A DNA stretch of 64,000 nucleotides from a virus, in the IMG/VR virus record IMGVR_UViG_3300028027_000001, one strand, 5' to 3'. Made by a program: the position numbers and the translations under genes. Positions within the stretch are counted from its first letter, which is position 1. Every line of letters begins with the position of its first letter. Below, one piece after another: positions 1 through 10,508 of this stretch. The notes under the pieces are model-generated. The model ran no database searches. It saw only the letters and a program-made list of their open reading frames with translations, and was not told the origin of the DNA.

Positions 1-193
1 CTTGAAAATAAGTTCCATCCATTTGCCCATTAACTAATTCAATATTGGGATAATTTTTTAACCACTCTATTTCCATCATATGATCACCTTCAATTGATAC
101 TACTTTAGCTAATGCGGAATAATAAACTGAGTGATCTTTACTTAATTTGTTCCACTTAACAATATCTCCAACTTTAAATTTCTTTGCTTTCAT
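1..193 (-). CDS. hypothetical protein (runs off window edge), KOW/SH3-like FKVGDIV start
   Basis: ATG at 193 reads MKAKKFKVGDIVKW..., open to position 1, promoter at 221. Confidence 0.75.
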   Translation of the reverse strand, partial: MKAKKFKVGDIVKWNKLSKDHSVYYSALAKVVSIEGDHMMEIEWLKNYPNIELVNGQMDGTYFQ

Positions 194-238
194 AACTTTT
201 AATTTTTAAATTTATAACTGGAATATACGAAACGTTTT

Positions 239-352
239 TTATATTACTTCGACCTCTATTACATTTGTATTATCTAAATACCAATTTAATTCCTCCTCTT
301 TAATTAATTTAGTAATTAAACTGTTTCCTTCTTTGTAAATAACTTCTAACAT
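239..352 (-). CDS. small hypothetical protein (37 aa)
   Basis: MLEVIYKEGNSL...VEVI*, read by eye, downstream of promoter at 376. Confidence 0.6.
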   Translation of the reverse strand: MLEVIYKEGNSLITKLIKEEELNWYLDNTNVIEVEVI

Positions 353-479
353 AATATCATTTTTTAATTATGCTTGAATATACGAAATCAAGTTTGTATA
401 TTTGTGTCCTGAGACCAAGAAAGCCTATATGAAACATATAAGCGAATAATTTAAAGCAGGCGATTATCATTTACACTGA

Positions 480-866
480 ATACAATGCCTTTTAATATTT
501 GAATCTATTATTTAATTTATCAATCATTACTACTTGGTCCCTCATCTCCCTCCTCCCTGGCGTCTCCATAAGTCATAGGTTACCTTATGGCCTCCCTGTT
601 GCGGCGATTGGTTTCGGTCGTTCGTTAATGTTTGGAGTAAATTAATTTTAATTCCCCGTTCGTCTCGTTTGACTATAATCGTGGATAGGGCCTCGGTTTA
701 ATATTCAACTGTTCCTGCCTGTCTCCGCTACTTCCGGTATGTTTTTCAATGGGGCAATTAATTAAATTACTGGGATAGTGGAGAGAATGGATTAACCGAT
801 TGTCGCACCTTAAGCCGTAGCATCTGTTCTGTTTAATTAATTCAAAGAAAAACGCACCTTGGTGCG
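480..866 (-). ncRNA. putative large structured ncRNA (about 390 nt)
   Basis: No ORF, raised GC, long-range complementarity (AGTAATTTAATTAATTGCCCC with GGGGAATTAAAATTAATTTACT), class C motif at 869. Confidence 0.45.
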
Positions 867-920
867 ATTATACATATGTGTGTTTTCCGTCTTTTATACG
901 TCTTCATGAAAACCTTTTCA

Positions 921-938
921 CCCTCCCTTACGGGAGGG
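921..938. terminator. GC-rich hairpin, putative terminator
   Basis: ccctccc-ttac-gggaggg perfect 7-bp stem. Confidence 0.5.
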
Positions 939-1086
939 ATCAAAGGGAAATTAACGGTTATGAAGCGTTGTTTCGTTATTAATCACCATAATCGGTGATA
1001 ATCATATCGTCTGCGTTGATCGGCGCTTATATTTCGCTTAAATCAACACTGTGATGTAGCCATAATTGCGATAAATGGCAATTCTG

Positions 1087-1210
1087 TTGTTAGGACAGGA
1101 TTCGAACCTGCTTAAATCCCCATGACAGGGACGATGGTGTGATTACACTCACTCATCTTAGGGATGTGAACCCATTCCATCTGTGTTTTACCTATTACAC
1201 CCACCTAACA
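1087..1210 (-). ncRNA. tRNA-like RNA 1 (anticodon loop replaced by 39 nt)
   Basis: Acceptor TGTTAGG/CCTAACA+A, D-arm GTG..AGGTAAAA..CAC, stem GATGG/CCATC, variable arm, T-arm GCAGG-TTCGAAT-CCTGT. Confidence 0.8.
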
Positions 1211-1220
1211 TTTTATTTTG

Positions 1221-1321
1221 TTATTAGGACAGGATTCGAACCTGCAATCCGATGGGCACCTCTATTGGCTTTAAGTGCTCCGAACACACCACCGCAGTTA
1301 TCCAATTACGTTCACCTAACA
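1221..1321 (-). ncRNA. tRNA-like RNA 2 (33-nt insert)
   Basis: Acceptor TGTTAGG/CCTAATA+A, TAATTGGATAA D-loop, stem CGGTGG/CCATCG, T-arm identical to RNA 1. Confidence 0.75.
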
Positions 1322-1403
1322 TTTTATTTTTAAAGTAAAACCATTTCGTTTTACTTGCTTTTATACCTGGAATATACGAAAGTTCCGTCGGTAATTTGCG
1401 TCC

Positions 1404-1790
1404 TTATCGGAGACGTTTGAAGTATGAGTAATCATTTCTATCTCCATCTATTTCCACTTCCACCGGGTATTGGTGTTGTGGGGTATATTCTATAAATTTA
1501 CCTATTTCCCATATCTTTCCATCATCACTTACCATTATTTCCTCACCTAATTCCGGTAGTTCTATCGGGCGTTCCTGTGAGAAACCGTTGAGAGTATATT
1601 CGGTTAATGAAAGGGTAGGTTGGGATATTTGTTGGTATCTTCCATCGGAGGTGTAATATCTTGCTCCAACATTCGCATCAAATACTATTTCTATTGGGTA
1701 TATTCCTTCAGTTTCTATCTCCGTTATTTTACCCCATCCATATATTACACAATATACTTTATCTCCTACTTTAAATGTTGTTTCTTTCAT
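1404..1790 (-). CDS. hypothetical protein (KOW/SH3-like FKVGDKVY)
   Basis: ORF track, AAGGTT-ATG start context, promoter at 1820. Confidence 0.8.
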   Translation of the reverse strand: MKETTFKVGDKVYCVIYGWGKITEIETEGIYPIEIVFDANVGARYYTSDGRYQQISQPTLSLTEYTLNGFSQERPIELPELGEEIMVSDDGKIWEIGKFIEYTPQHQYPVEVEIDGDRNDYSYFKRLR

Positions 1791-1857
1791 AACCTTAATT
1801 TTATCATTTTAATATACTGGAATATACGAATTACTCAGGTGTCCTCCAAGTAATTAT

Positions 1858-2032
1858 TTACTTACTTTACTTACTCTCAGGTAATTACCTCAGGTACATT
1901 TTACTTACTCCTTACTTACTCTTATGTGAGAAATGCGGTGAGGGACGTGGAAAATATATATTTTTGGAAGTGGGGGGAAGGGCGGGGAGGCGCGGGAGAT
2001 GTGGGTTAGACCCCAACTCCCCTCTGCCCCCC
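1858..2032. repeat. TTAC(T) simple repeats followed by a G-tract/C-tract inverted element
   Basis: ttacttactttacttact... at 1858-1921; gggggg-aagggcggggagg...ctcccctctgcccccc at 1972-2032. Confidence 0.6.
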
Positions 2033-2096
2033 TATGTCCTACACAGTTGGCAAATATTATACACATTCACTTACCCCCAAGTACATTTACTTTCCT

Positions 2097-2327
2097 CTAA
2101 ATATTCTCCCCAAATATATTCCCCAAATACTTAACCTCATCCCACCCCATCATCTCATCTTCAATAATCGATTTAGATAAATTCTCATGTCCGTAATTAT
2201 ATTCCCCAAATAATCTTTTCTCAAAATAATACCACTTACCATTTAACCAAACAAAACGAGATATCCCATTCACAGTCTGACCAATATCATACAAATCCCC
2301 ATTTTCAAACGTTATATTCTTTCCCAT
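2097..2327 (-). CDS. hypothetical protein
   Basis: ORF track; likely start MGKNITF. Confidence 0.65.
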   Translation of the reverse strand: MGKNITFENGDLYDIGQTVNGISRFVWLNGKWYYFEKRLFGEYNYGHENLSKSIIEDEMMGWDEVKYLGNIFGENI

Positions 2328-2977
2328 CGTTATTATTGCTTTTATTATGTATTGAATATACGGATTGAATTCTGATTGTTTATTTCCCTCGTTATTCACC
2401 CTGGATTATCTCCCCATCTCTCCCATGTCCATCTTATATCCATTATGCCATTCTCCGGTTTTGATTTTGGAGCACATCCAATATCTCCAATTGTCGCTTA
2501 ATCATACGGAACTCGTTGAGTTTGGCCGTTCCCCACTCACTTATATTATCAGTACTTTCTAATATCTCTAGTGAGTTTATTTCCTCTTCTAGGTGTTTAT
2601 ATATGGTTTTATTGGTTTCCATATTAATAAAATCTTAAGTAATGTTGTTTATCCTTCTTATCTAATTCAGTATTGATTTTATCCATTTTACTAACAGTTT
2701 CAATCAATTTATCTAACTTTTTATCAATATCCTCTGCTTGTTTCTCTAACCTTTCTAATCTCTCTAGTTTATCTTTATCCATCATTTCGTTGATTTTTAT
2801 TAGCGCATTTCACTGCCTATTTTACTTAATCCATAACACCCCTCGTTGATATCCTTGGGTGCGTTTTACCACAACTTACCACCTGATTCCCAACCACTTT
2901 ACACACTATTTACACCTCATATTTCCTTTTGTAACATATACGTAGGATGGGTTGGTCACATGGGGTAATGCAATTAT

Positions 2978-3184
2978 TTATCTTCCCGGTATATTTCCTC
3001 CATCATAGAAACAACCTTGGTTCATTACAGGTTTTGGTTTGTAGTGATGAATATAAACTACTTCTGTTCTAACAGGTTGTTGTGCAGGTGTTGTATCTTT
3101 AATTGCTGCAACTGTTGCTCCTACTATTAATGCTCCTCCTAATATTAAGGACATATAATAAATGTAATCTTTCTTATCTTCCAT
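2978..3184 (-). CDS. small membrane-anchored hypothetical protein
   Basis: Hydrophobic segment LILGGALIVGATVAAI. Confidence 0.7.
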   Translation of the reverse strand: MEDKKDYIYYMSLILGGALIVGATVAAIKDTTPAQQPVRTEVVYIHHYKPKPVMNQGCFYDGGNIPGR

Positions 3185-3434
3185 TTTGTTTAATTTTAAA
3201 TTATATCCATTTCAACAACCTCCCATCCTTCCGGGTTAACTTCAATATTATTGATGATTAATTTATCATCATTGGTCCAAGTGAAACTATGAACATCCTG
3301 ATTATCTTGTTTATTAATTGCTAAATACATAATATTGCTTTTTTAATTATACCTGAATATACGAAATCAATTTATATAATTTTTATCCTTAAATTCAAGA
3401 GTAGTTTGTGTTTTTTTTGTGGAGTTATAAGTAA

Positions 3435-3620
3435 TTACCTTAATGCTCTTAATTCACTTTCAGTCATTACTTCTATCTCTAAGGTGTGGTTAATTAGTTT
3501 TAATTTAGCCACGTCAGAAATTTTTTTAGATGACATTATTTCCACTATGTCATAAAAATCCCCATTATACCAAATTTTACCTAATGCCCGGTATGCATCT
3601 GAAAACATCATATATCCCAT
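3435..3620 (-). CDS. hypothetical protein
   Basis: ORF track. Confidence 0.65.
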   Translation of the reverse strand: MGYMMFSDAYRALGKIWYNGDFYDIVEIMSSKKISDVAKLKLINHTLEIEVMTESELRALR

Positions 3621-3631
3621 ATCAATTAGTT

Positions 3632-4030
3632 TTATAAATTACTGTTCCTTAATTGGTTTTGTACTGATTGTTTAATCATTTCTGTACCTTCAAATACATC
3701 GTCCAACAAATAAATGTTTGCATGGTATTTGTCAATTAAATTATCTAATTCCTTAATGAATTGTCTTAATTGTTCTGGATTATTTTCTTCGAATTCGTTC
3801 ATAACCTTGATTATTTTCCAAATTTTAGTTTCCTCTAACCTAGTATCACTCAACATCACTTTCTCCTCTAACAAATCTTTTACATCACTTTCGGGATTAT
3901 TCATAACTAATTGTCTTAACATTTGATCGTTCATTCCAACTTCATTAAGTATTAATTCCATTTGTTCCCCATTTACCTCTATTTCATCTAGCAATGCAAT
4001 AATTACCTGTATGATTTTATCTTTATCCAT
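3632..4030 (-). CDS. hypothetical protein
   Basis: ORF track, promoter 4061, AAAGGTT-ATG. Confidence 0.8.
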   Translation of the reverse strand: MDKDKIIQVIIALLDEIEVNGEQMELILNEVGMNDQMLRQLVMNNPESDVKDLLEEKVMLSDTRLEETKIWKIIKVMNEFEENNPEQLRQFIKELDNLIDKYHANIYLLDDVFEGTEMIKQSVQNQLRNSNL

Positions 4031-4419
4031 AACCTTTGTTTATTTATTAATTTTATGCTTGAATATACGAACGTAAGTTTGATTATTTTTGTCCTAATTT
4101 AAAAAAACTATACATTCTAAATCTTCTAATATAGTGCTTCCTATGATTACATCTACCTGAGCAGGTAAGTTTAAATACTCTTCCATAACCTTTATTTAAT
4201 TAAATTAATATTTCTTCTTTGATTGTGTAGTGATCGTCATAACCCGCACTTTTAACATCTGCTAAATATTTTTGAGAATATTCATGTAACTTTTCTAAGT
4301 CAGTACTAACAAATATTATTCTACCTTTTGAATCGAATGAGATATAAACTTTTTCCATAACCTTTATTTTTAATATGTCTGAATATACGAATTATTACTT
4401 GATTATCTTGGTCCTTTAA

Positions 4420-4749
4420 TTATAAATCTCCTTCTAATCCTCCACAATATCTAGCGTAACTATACCCTTGTGTATCTACAAAGTAATTTTTACCTTTATG
4501 TTTTAAAATCCAAAATTGTTCTCTATCAAAATAATCATCAAACAATGAAAAATTATCTATATTGATTGGGTGTTCCTCACCATCCTCATCATACTCTACT
4601 AACAATGAAGTATCTATTGTTGGTAGACTTTTTAACATATCCTTGATTCGTTGAGGAATATCTTTCAATTTATTTACTACACAATCTTCAGGTCGATTTT
4701 CTTTTCTATCAACATAAACCCAATTTCTAATTTCATCAAAATTACTCAT
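4420..4749 (-). CDS. hypothetical protein
   Basis: ORF track, promoter 4776. Confidence 0.8.
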   Translation of the reverse strand: MSNFDEIRNWVYVDRKENRPEDCVVNKLKDIPQRIKDMLKSLPTIDTSLLVEYDEDGEEHPINIDNFSLFDDYFDREQFWILKHKGKNYFVDTQGYSYARYCGGLEGDL

Positions 4750-4802
4750 AACCTTTATTTTTTAAATTTATACTGGAATATACGAATTTGTCGGTAATAA
4801 TC

Positions 4803-5078
4803 TTAGTCCTCTATTTTATAATCTCCATCAAATATCTTGTAATGTCCCATTATTACATCACATATAATATAACATAACATGTTTTTATTTTGGTCATAAC
4901 ATGGTACTCGGTAAGAACCATATTGGCCTGATGTGAAGAATCCTTGTTCAACATCAAATGTAGTTACATCAGGATATTTTAATTTGATATGACCATTAAA
5001 TAATGTTGTTAGTGATGTAGCAAATGACTTATTAATGTCATCTGATGGTTGTTGGTTTAATGTTAGGTTAGTTATCAT
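4803..5078 (-). CDS. hypothetical protein
   Basis: ORF track. Confidence 0.75.
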   Translation of the reverse strand: MITNLTLNQQPSDDINKSFATSLTTLFNGHIKLKYPDVTTFDVEQGFFTSGQYGSYRVPCYDQNKNMLCYIICDVIMGHYKIFDGDYKIED

Positions 5079-5082
5079 AGTC

Positions 5083-5463
5083 TTAGTCCTTATTTACAAT
5101 TTTTTTAATTTCTCGTCTCCAAGCTTTTAAGAATAACTCTTTATTAGTTATTACTATTTCGTTTGGGATAGTATTGTCACGCTCTAACGTATCTAACAAA
5201 TCATAAAATAAATTTGTGAGTTGATCTAATTGGGATGGTTCTTCAACTAAATGGTTAATAGCCATATCTGCTGGGTGCCAATATCCGTGATTGTCGATAT
5301 CAAAATTTATTTTAAATGAGTTGTCATAGTTACAATACGCTGTGATAATTCCTATTTCTCCTATTTTATCTAATATATCATCATTCCAGCCTAGCTCGGA
5401 AACAGCTGATAAGTTATCACTCCAATCAAAACCTACTACTTTACGTCCTACTAACTCTTCCAT
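5083..5463 (-). CDS. hypothetical protein
   Basis: ORF track, promoter 5493. Confidence 0.8.
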   Translation of the reverse strand: MEELVGRKVVGFDWSDNLSAVSELGWNDDILDKIGEIGIITAYCNYDNSFKINFDIDNHGYWHPADMAINHLVEEPSQLDQLTNLFYDLLDTLERDNTIPNEIVITNKELFLKAWRREIKKIVNKD

Positions 5464-5530
5464 AATCTTTATTATTTATTAATTTTATACTTAAATATAC
5501 GAATTTATTCTGTAATAAACTTATCCTTTA

Positions 5531-5755
5531 TTATTCATTATCTTTTTGTTTTGAGATGCGATATCTTATATCCCCAATAAAATCAACCCCTTGATTACTA
5601 TTATCTATAGCTATTACTTCTAAATTGTTAGGTAATAATTCAGCTAATGGTTCAGTCCAATATAATTTTACTTTACCATTACCTATTCCCACTCTTCTTG
5701 CTATCGGTAATATTTCTCCTGTGCTAGGTATTTTTACTCCAAATGTAGTGCTCAT
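5531..5755 (-). CDS. hypothetical protein
   Basis: Start reassigned to MSTTFG, downstream of promoter 5778. Confidence 0.75.
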   Translation of the reverse strand: MSTTFGVKIPSTGEILPIARRVGIGNGKVKLYWTEPLAELLPNNLEVIAIDNSNQGVDFIGDIRYRISKQKDNE

Positions 5756-6087
5756 AATTTTCATTTTAATTATAACCAAATATACGAATAAAAAATGGAG
5801 AACTATTGTCCTCCATCAAAAATAATTTTTGTTATTTCATAGATGCTAGGTGCACCTACATCTCCAAATTCATTATAAATTGCTTCCATAATTTATTTTT
5901 TATTACTAAATGCATTACCAATTGCTAATAACATTAAAAATACAAAAAATGTTGTCCATTTATTATCTTGTATTGCTTCGAAAAATTCTCTCATTTATTT
6001 AAGTGTTCTGTTATTTTTATTCTAAACCTCTATCCCCGTATATTAACATTAAAATTTTATAATGTAATTTTTGTAAGTATCTTCTTA

Positions 6088-6297
6088 TCATTTGTCTAAA
6101 TGTTTAATTAATTTTTTTAAAACATCCCATTCTGTGAAATGAATTGAGAATTGCTGTTTATCACTTATAGTAACATCATAACCCTCTCCATTACTCCACT
6201 CTGTTACTTCAATAAAATCATATTCTTTATGATAAGGACCCCCCAATCGTGAATTAACGGCTCGTCGTTGATTTTCCTCTATTTTTAATTTACTCAT
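6088..6297 (-). CDS. hypothetical protein
   Basis: Start reassigned to MSKLKI. Confidence 0.7.
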   Translation of the reverse strand: MSKLKIEENQRRAVNSRLGGPYHKEYDFIEVTEWSNGEGYDVTISDKQQFSIHFTEWDVLKKLIKHLDK

Positions 6298-6298
6298 A

Positions 6299-7225
6299 TT
6301 ATAATGATTTAAAGTATTCAATAACTTCTTGTTCTGATTTTAGTACTTTCATCTCAATTCCTTTATCTTGAACATATTCTAAAGCAATCTCTGCTGAATT
6401 ATGAGCTCCATTTGCCCAACAGTTAGATGAAAACATATCAATCCAAGCATATCCATCATTACTTAAACGATGTAATTTATATGTACCCTGTTGTTTAAAT
6501 ATATAAACATAATCCCGATTATATTCGATTTGTGGAGGTGGATTTTTTAATAATCGTTCTAGTACTGGGAGTTGAGAGGCTGTTGCGGCTTTAAACATTT
6601 TACTAACCATTTCGTTATCAAACGTTACTTCGTTAGAAAACGTTCCGGTATTATCTAAAACATATTTATTAATTATTTTTTTCCAATCCGCACAAGCCAT
6701 ATCATAAATTTCCTTAACTTGCTCTCTTGTTAATATTTGTTTTTCCATAATTTTTCCCCACTTCCTTGTATTATCATCATATATAAGTCCGGTTCCTTCA
6801 CCTGATATTATATTAGATGGGCTGTATTTTCTAACTTCTTCTTTAACGATTTGATAATCTCCTGCTGTATTATAATATCTAGTACCAATTGGATAATATT
6901 TACGAGCATAGGCTAATCTACCTTCATTGGTTGTCATATCGAATACTTGATATGTCGCATCAAATGGTCCTTTGTATAACTCTACACCCTCAACACCAAT
7001 TAAACACTCATTTCCTTCTTCATCACGAACAGCTAACAAATCATCATTATTAGCATGCCATTCATGATCTGTAATAGCAAATATTGTTCCTATAGTATCG
7101 GTATCAAATGAATTATTTTGTGATGTAATTGTAAATCCTAATTCTTTAAATTTTTCGTTATAAGTTTCATATGTGTAGCCTGGGTCTTTAATTTTTACTT
7201 GATCTCCTACTTTAAATTTTTCCAT
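6299..7225 (-). CDS. multi-domain hypothetical protein (FKVGD N-terminus)
   Basis: 308-aa ORF, promoter 7250. Confidence 0.85.
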   Translation of the reverse strand: MEKFKVGDQVKIKDPGYTYETYNEKFKELGFTITSQNNSFDTDTIGTIFAITDHEWHANNDDLLAVRDEEGNECLIGVEGVELYKGPFDATYQVFDMTTNEGRLAYARKYYPIGTRYYNTAGDYQIVKEEVRKYSPSNIISGEGTGLIYDDNTRKWGKIMEKQILTREQVKEIYDMACADWKKIINKYVLDNTGTFSNEVTFDNEMVSKMFKAATASQLPVLERLLKNPPPQIEYNRDYVYIFKQQGTYKLHRLSNDGYAWIDMFSSNCWANGAHNSAEIALEYVQDKGIEMKVLKSEQEVIEYFKSL

Positions 7226-7285
7226 GATATATTTTTTAAATTTATACTTGAATATACGAATGATTTATTGAAAATAAACGTCCCT

Positions 7286-7627
7286 TTATCTATAAAATTC
7301 TTCATCGTTAATTTCCTCTTCCTCATCATCATATGAATCCCAATCATCTTTGATTTCCAATACATCGTCTAAATCTTCATCTTTGTACTCAGGGAGTAAA
7401 CCCATACGTTCGATGAGACGCCATACTCGTTCCTTAGTTTTGTCAATAGGTGTTCCTTCAATTTCGGTATAACCTTCAACAGTTAAATAAGCCAATTGAG
7501 CTAATAAGTCACACGTTAAATGATCCATTTCATTTAAATCATAGTTACCTGCATCAAATTTAGATTTGATAGTTAACCATTGTGTTTCAATTGTGTTGTT
7601 TTTTAATATACTTAATACTTTTGACAT
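7286..7627 (-). CDS. hypothetical protein with acidic C-terminus
   Basis: ORF track, promoter 7659. Confidence 0.8.
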   Translation of the reverse strand: MSKVLSILKNNTIETQWLTIKSKFDAGNYDLNEMDHLTCDLLAQLAYLTVEGYTEIEGTPIDKTKERVWRLIERMGLLPEYKDEDLDDVLEIKDDWDSYDDEEEEINDEEFYR

Positions 7628-7696
7628 AACCTTTATTTTTAATTTTTTATTTATACTGAAATATACGATTTTAATTTAAAATTTTATTATCCTATT

Positions 7697-7924
7697 TTAG
7701 AACATTTTTAAATCTTTTAAATCTTTGTCTTGGATTGCACTTGCATAGAAGAAAATTAGTACTGCTAATTCAATTAATACTAATGTTGCAAAAAACATAG
7801 TAACTCCTATTAATGCATCCGATTCTAAACATAATTCATTTTTATACCATTGAAATAATAATGGTGATAGAAATACTTGTAAACTAACAAATATCGAATA
7901 ACCAATTGCTCTTAACCACTTCAT
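7697..7924 (-). CDS. two-TM membrane protein
   Basis: Two hydrophobic segments. Confidence 0.7.
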   Translation of the reverse strand: MKWLRAIGYSIFVSLQVFLSPLLFQWYKNELCLESDALIGVTMFFATLVLIELAVLIFFYASAIQDKDLKDLKMF

Positions 7925-8090
7925 ATTTTTTAATTTAAATTATACCACTTATCTAAAGCGGCTTGTTGTTGTTTACTATCTAATTCGTCAAAAAACTTAT
8001 TGAATAGTTTTAATGAAACTTCATCTAAACTCATATTATTTCTTTTTAATTATACCTGAATATACGAATTAATTTTCAATAATCTTTGTC

Positions 8091-8321
8091 CTATTCAATA
8101 GGATCATTTAATAAGTAATCATTTGCTTCGTCTTCAAATGACCAATCATAATCTGTTATTAATTCTTTATCACATAAATCAATTTGAAACTTGATTAATT
8201 GGTCTCTAACTACATCGGTAATAACCTTCTTTAAATAGCTTTCTAATAGTATACCAACCGGGTTTCCTGTTTGGCCTAGTGATTGGAGGATGTCGTTGTT
8301 AATTTCTTCTATTGTTTTCAT
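8091..8321 (-). CDS. hypothetical protein
   Basis: ORF track, promoter 8347. Confidence 0.75.
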   Translation of the reverse strand: MKTIEEINNDILQSLGQTGNPVGILLESYLKKVITDVVRDQLIKFQIDLCDKELITDYDWSFEDEANDYLLNDPIE

Positions 8322-8374
8322 AACCTATTTATTTTAATTTATGCTGGAGTATACTAATGGGTATTTAATTATCT

Positions 8375-8620
8375 TTATCCCCCTGTAGTATACTTTCTTA
8401 CTAATTTAAAGATTTCTGTTATATCTGTAAATTCTATTTCTTTGTCATTCTTAATTGGGAAAAAAGCAATTGTAAAACCATGATTTGCTTGGAATGTTTC
8501 AGTTACTCGCTTACCATTAATGGAATTAATGTAGACCCATGGAAAATTACCTGCTAATTTAACATCAATTCCTAATAGTTTCATTCTATCTACAAATACT
8601 GTTAATTTATCTTTTTCCAC
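8375..8620 (-). CDS. hypothetical protein
   Basis: GTG start in AAAGGTT context. Confidence 0.75.
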   Translation of the reverse strand: MEKDKLTVFVDRMKLLGIDVKLAGNFPWVYINSINGKRVTETFQANHGFTIAFFPIKNDKEIEFTDITEIFKLVRKYTTGG

Positions 8621-8632
8621 AACCTTTATTTA

Positions 8633-8872
8633 TTAATGTTTAACACCCACTTGAAGAACTTTAATTACGTCCTTTCTATTTAAAATATTTTCATTTAGAC
8701 TTACAAACTCCCACTTAAACTCATCTGTAAGTATGAAATGACCTAGTAATTCGTGTTCTGCTTGGTTAATTAAAAATTCAACAACTATTTTTTGATTCAT
8801 TGCTTTTCTTTTGTTTGCTCTACGAGTGATTCGCGATTCAATAGGATGTGGTATAATTTTTCTATTAGTCAT
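8633..8872 (-). CDS. hypothetical protein
   Basis: ORF track, promoter 8898. Confidence 0.7.
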   Translation of the reverse strand: MTNRKIIPHPIESRITRRANKRKAMNQKIVVEFLINQAEHELLGHFILTDEFKWEFVSLNENILNRKDVIKVLQVGVKH

Positions 8873-8942
8873 AACTTTTTTATTTATTAATATGCTTGAA
8901 TATACGAAATATCTATTAATTTTTTATGTCCTTTATTGGTCT

Positions 8943-9140
8943 TTATATATCTCTTGTTAATCGTTCACTCATTAATTTAGTAAAACAATCTAAGTATCCT
9001 GATTGGTAATCAACTTCTTTTTGTTGAGTTTCCATTTCTTTACATTGTTTAAAATAAGAAGTAATCATTTCTAAATGCTCATCACTTAATTGAATTTGGT
9101 TTACAATTGCGTTGTAAAACTGTTCTACTGCTGTTTTCAT
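8943..9140 (-). CDS. hypothetical protein (MKTAVE family)
   Basis: Same N-terminus as 14467..14670. Confidence 0.75.
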   Translation of the reverse strand: MKTAVEQFYNAIVNQIQLSDEHLEMITSYFKQCKEMETQQKEVDYQSGYLDCFTKLMSERLTRDI

Positions 9141-9145
9141 ATCTT

Positions 9146-9349
9146 TTATTTTACAAATTTCATAGGTATGGGGCTAACTGTATAATCATAAAATTCCATC
9201 ATTTTATCATAGCACCCAGTTAATTCACAACTATTCAAATACTTAATCCACGCTTTAATATATTTTAAACGATCTTTATGGTATATAACTTTCATCCCTC
9301 CTATATCGTTAACATAATTTCGTAATGTTTGTTTTGCTCTTGGTGTCAT
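9146..9349 (-). CDS. hypothetical protein
   Basis: ORF track. Confidence 0.7.
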   Translation of the reverse strand: MTPRAKQTLRNYVNDIGGMKVIYHKDRLKYIKAWIKYLNSCELTGCYDKMMEFYDYTVSPIPMKFVK

Positions 9350-9361
9350 AATCTTATATTA

Positions 9362-9592
9362 TTAAGGGTTATTACCTTTTTCTGTGGAAATCCAATATGC
9401 AAATGGGGATGTGATGGCATCACTTGTTTCAATTGAGAACTTCCAAGGTTGATTATCATTTCCGTTACAATCCAGAGTGGCTATATTATTTTCCAGTTCA
9501 ATAATTTTTGCTTTTAATGGACTTGAATCTCTTCCTTTAATGAAAACTGTACTACCCACCCTAACATTTTTCAATTTATCTAAATAATTCAT
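9362..9592 (-). CDS. hypothetical protein
   Basis: ORF track, promoter 9616. Confidence 0.75.
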   Translation of the reverse strand: MNYLDKLKNVRVGSTVFIKGRDSSPLKAKIIELENNIATLDCNGNDNQPWKFSIETSDAITSPFAYWISTEKGNNP

Positions 9593-9642
9593 AACCTTTA
9601 TTTTTAATTATAACTAAATATACGAAGAAAAAAAGTGGAGAC

Positions 9643-10449
9643 TTAGGCCTCCACAAATTCACTTGCTATAGCATATAGCTGAGCATTTATTTTAATATCT
9701 TGTTGGAAATTTTTCACTTTACGTGCCTTTCTAATTTTAGTTCCAGACATGTAACTGAAATCACCACCCAATATTTTCTCTTGTATTCTGTTGAATACAG
9801 TAAATAAATCGTTTGGTTTATCCTCTACACGGATTGGTGTTAATAACGCATCTAAATCGATGTTAAGCGCATCAATTTCATCTTCCTCGAAACGTGTCGT
9901 TAATGAGCGTTTCGCTAAGTCTCGCGCCTGATCTTCGCTTAGTTGAGTTGATTTCATTTTATTCATTGATTCAACTGTCAATGGCAGTTGCTCTACCATG
10001 AATTTGATTTTTTCTTGTAATTCCTCAAATGTGTAGTTCATATGACGAATTCGTAATTTATCAAAATCTTGAGTTGATACCACTAGGCCGTTGCTACATA
10101 TTGCTCGGAAGATACCACTCTGAAATGTAAATGAACTAGAACCATCATGGGAATTTGAGATTAGGACGGTTGGGTATACCACATCCCCATCAGCACCGTT
10201 GATAACTAAATCAGGATTTCTGAATATTAATAGGTGTTTTTGGAAACCTTTTCTTTTTCTAGCTTTGATTTCTTTACACTCTGTAACGAAAAAATTCAAT
10301 TTTTCCATATCTTCAATCACCTGTGAAGTAGGGATATGAACATATTTTTCTGACATTCCATCCACTGCACTTTGGGTGAATACTGAAGGAGCTAATGATT
10401 TCATTTCATTTTGGCTCAAAAATTTTGTGTTGTCTAAATTTAAAAACAT
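9643..10449 (-). CDS. DUF932/DUF945-family protein
   Basis: Motifs APSVF, S-KY-HIPT, KH, NSHDGSSSF, GIFR-ICSNGLV, FNRIQE. Confidence 0.85.
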   Translation of the reverse strand: MFLNLDNTKFLSQNEMKSLAPSVFTQSAVDGMSEKYVHIPTSQVIEDMEKLNFFVTECKEIKARKRKGFQKHLLIFRNPDLVINGADGDVVYPTVLISNSHDGSSSFTFQSGIFRAICSNGLVVSTQDFDKLRIRHMNYTFEELQEKIKFMVEQLPLTVESMNKMKSTQLSEDQARDLAKRSLTTRFEEDEIDALNIDLDALLTPIRVEDKPNDLFTVFNRIQEKILGGDFSYMSGTKIRKARKVKNFQQDIKINAQLYAIASEFVEA

Positions 10450-10508
10450 AACCTTAATTTTTTAATTATTTATTTTATTTATACTTAAATATACGAATTA
10501 AATTCTAA

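Noticed and set aside
1087-1330. Possible CRISPR-like repeat-spacer array
   Set aside because: The repeats are tRNA arms that pair across the variable part, there are only two tandem units, and there is no cas operon
1139-1333. Plus-strand 64-aa ORF with repeated HLTFYF
   Set aside because: Shadow of the two tandem tRNA-like RNAs on the minus strand
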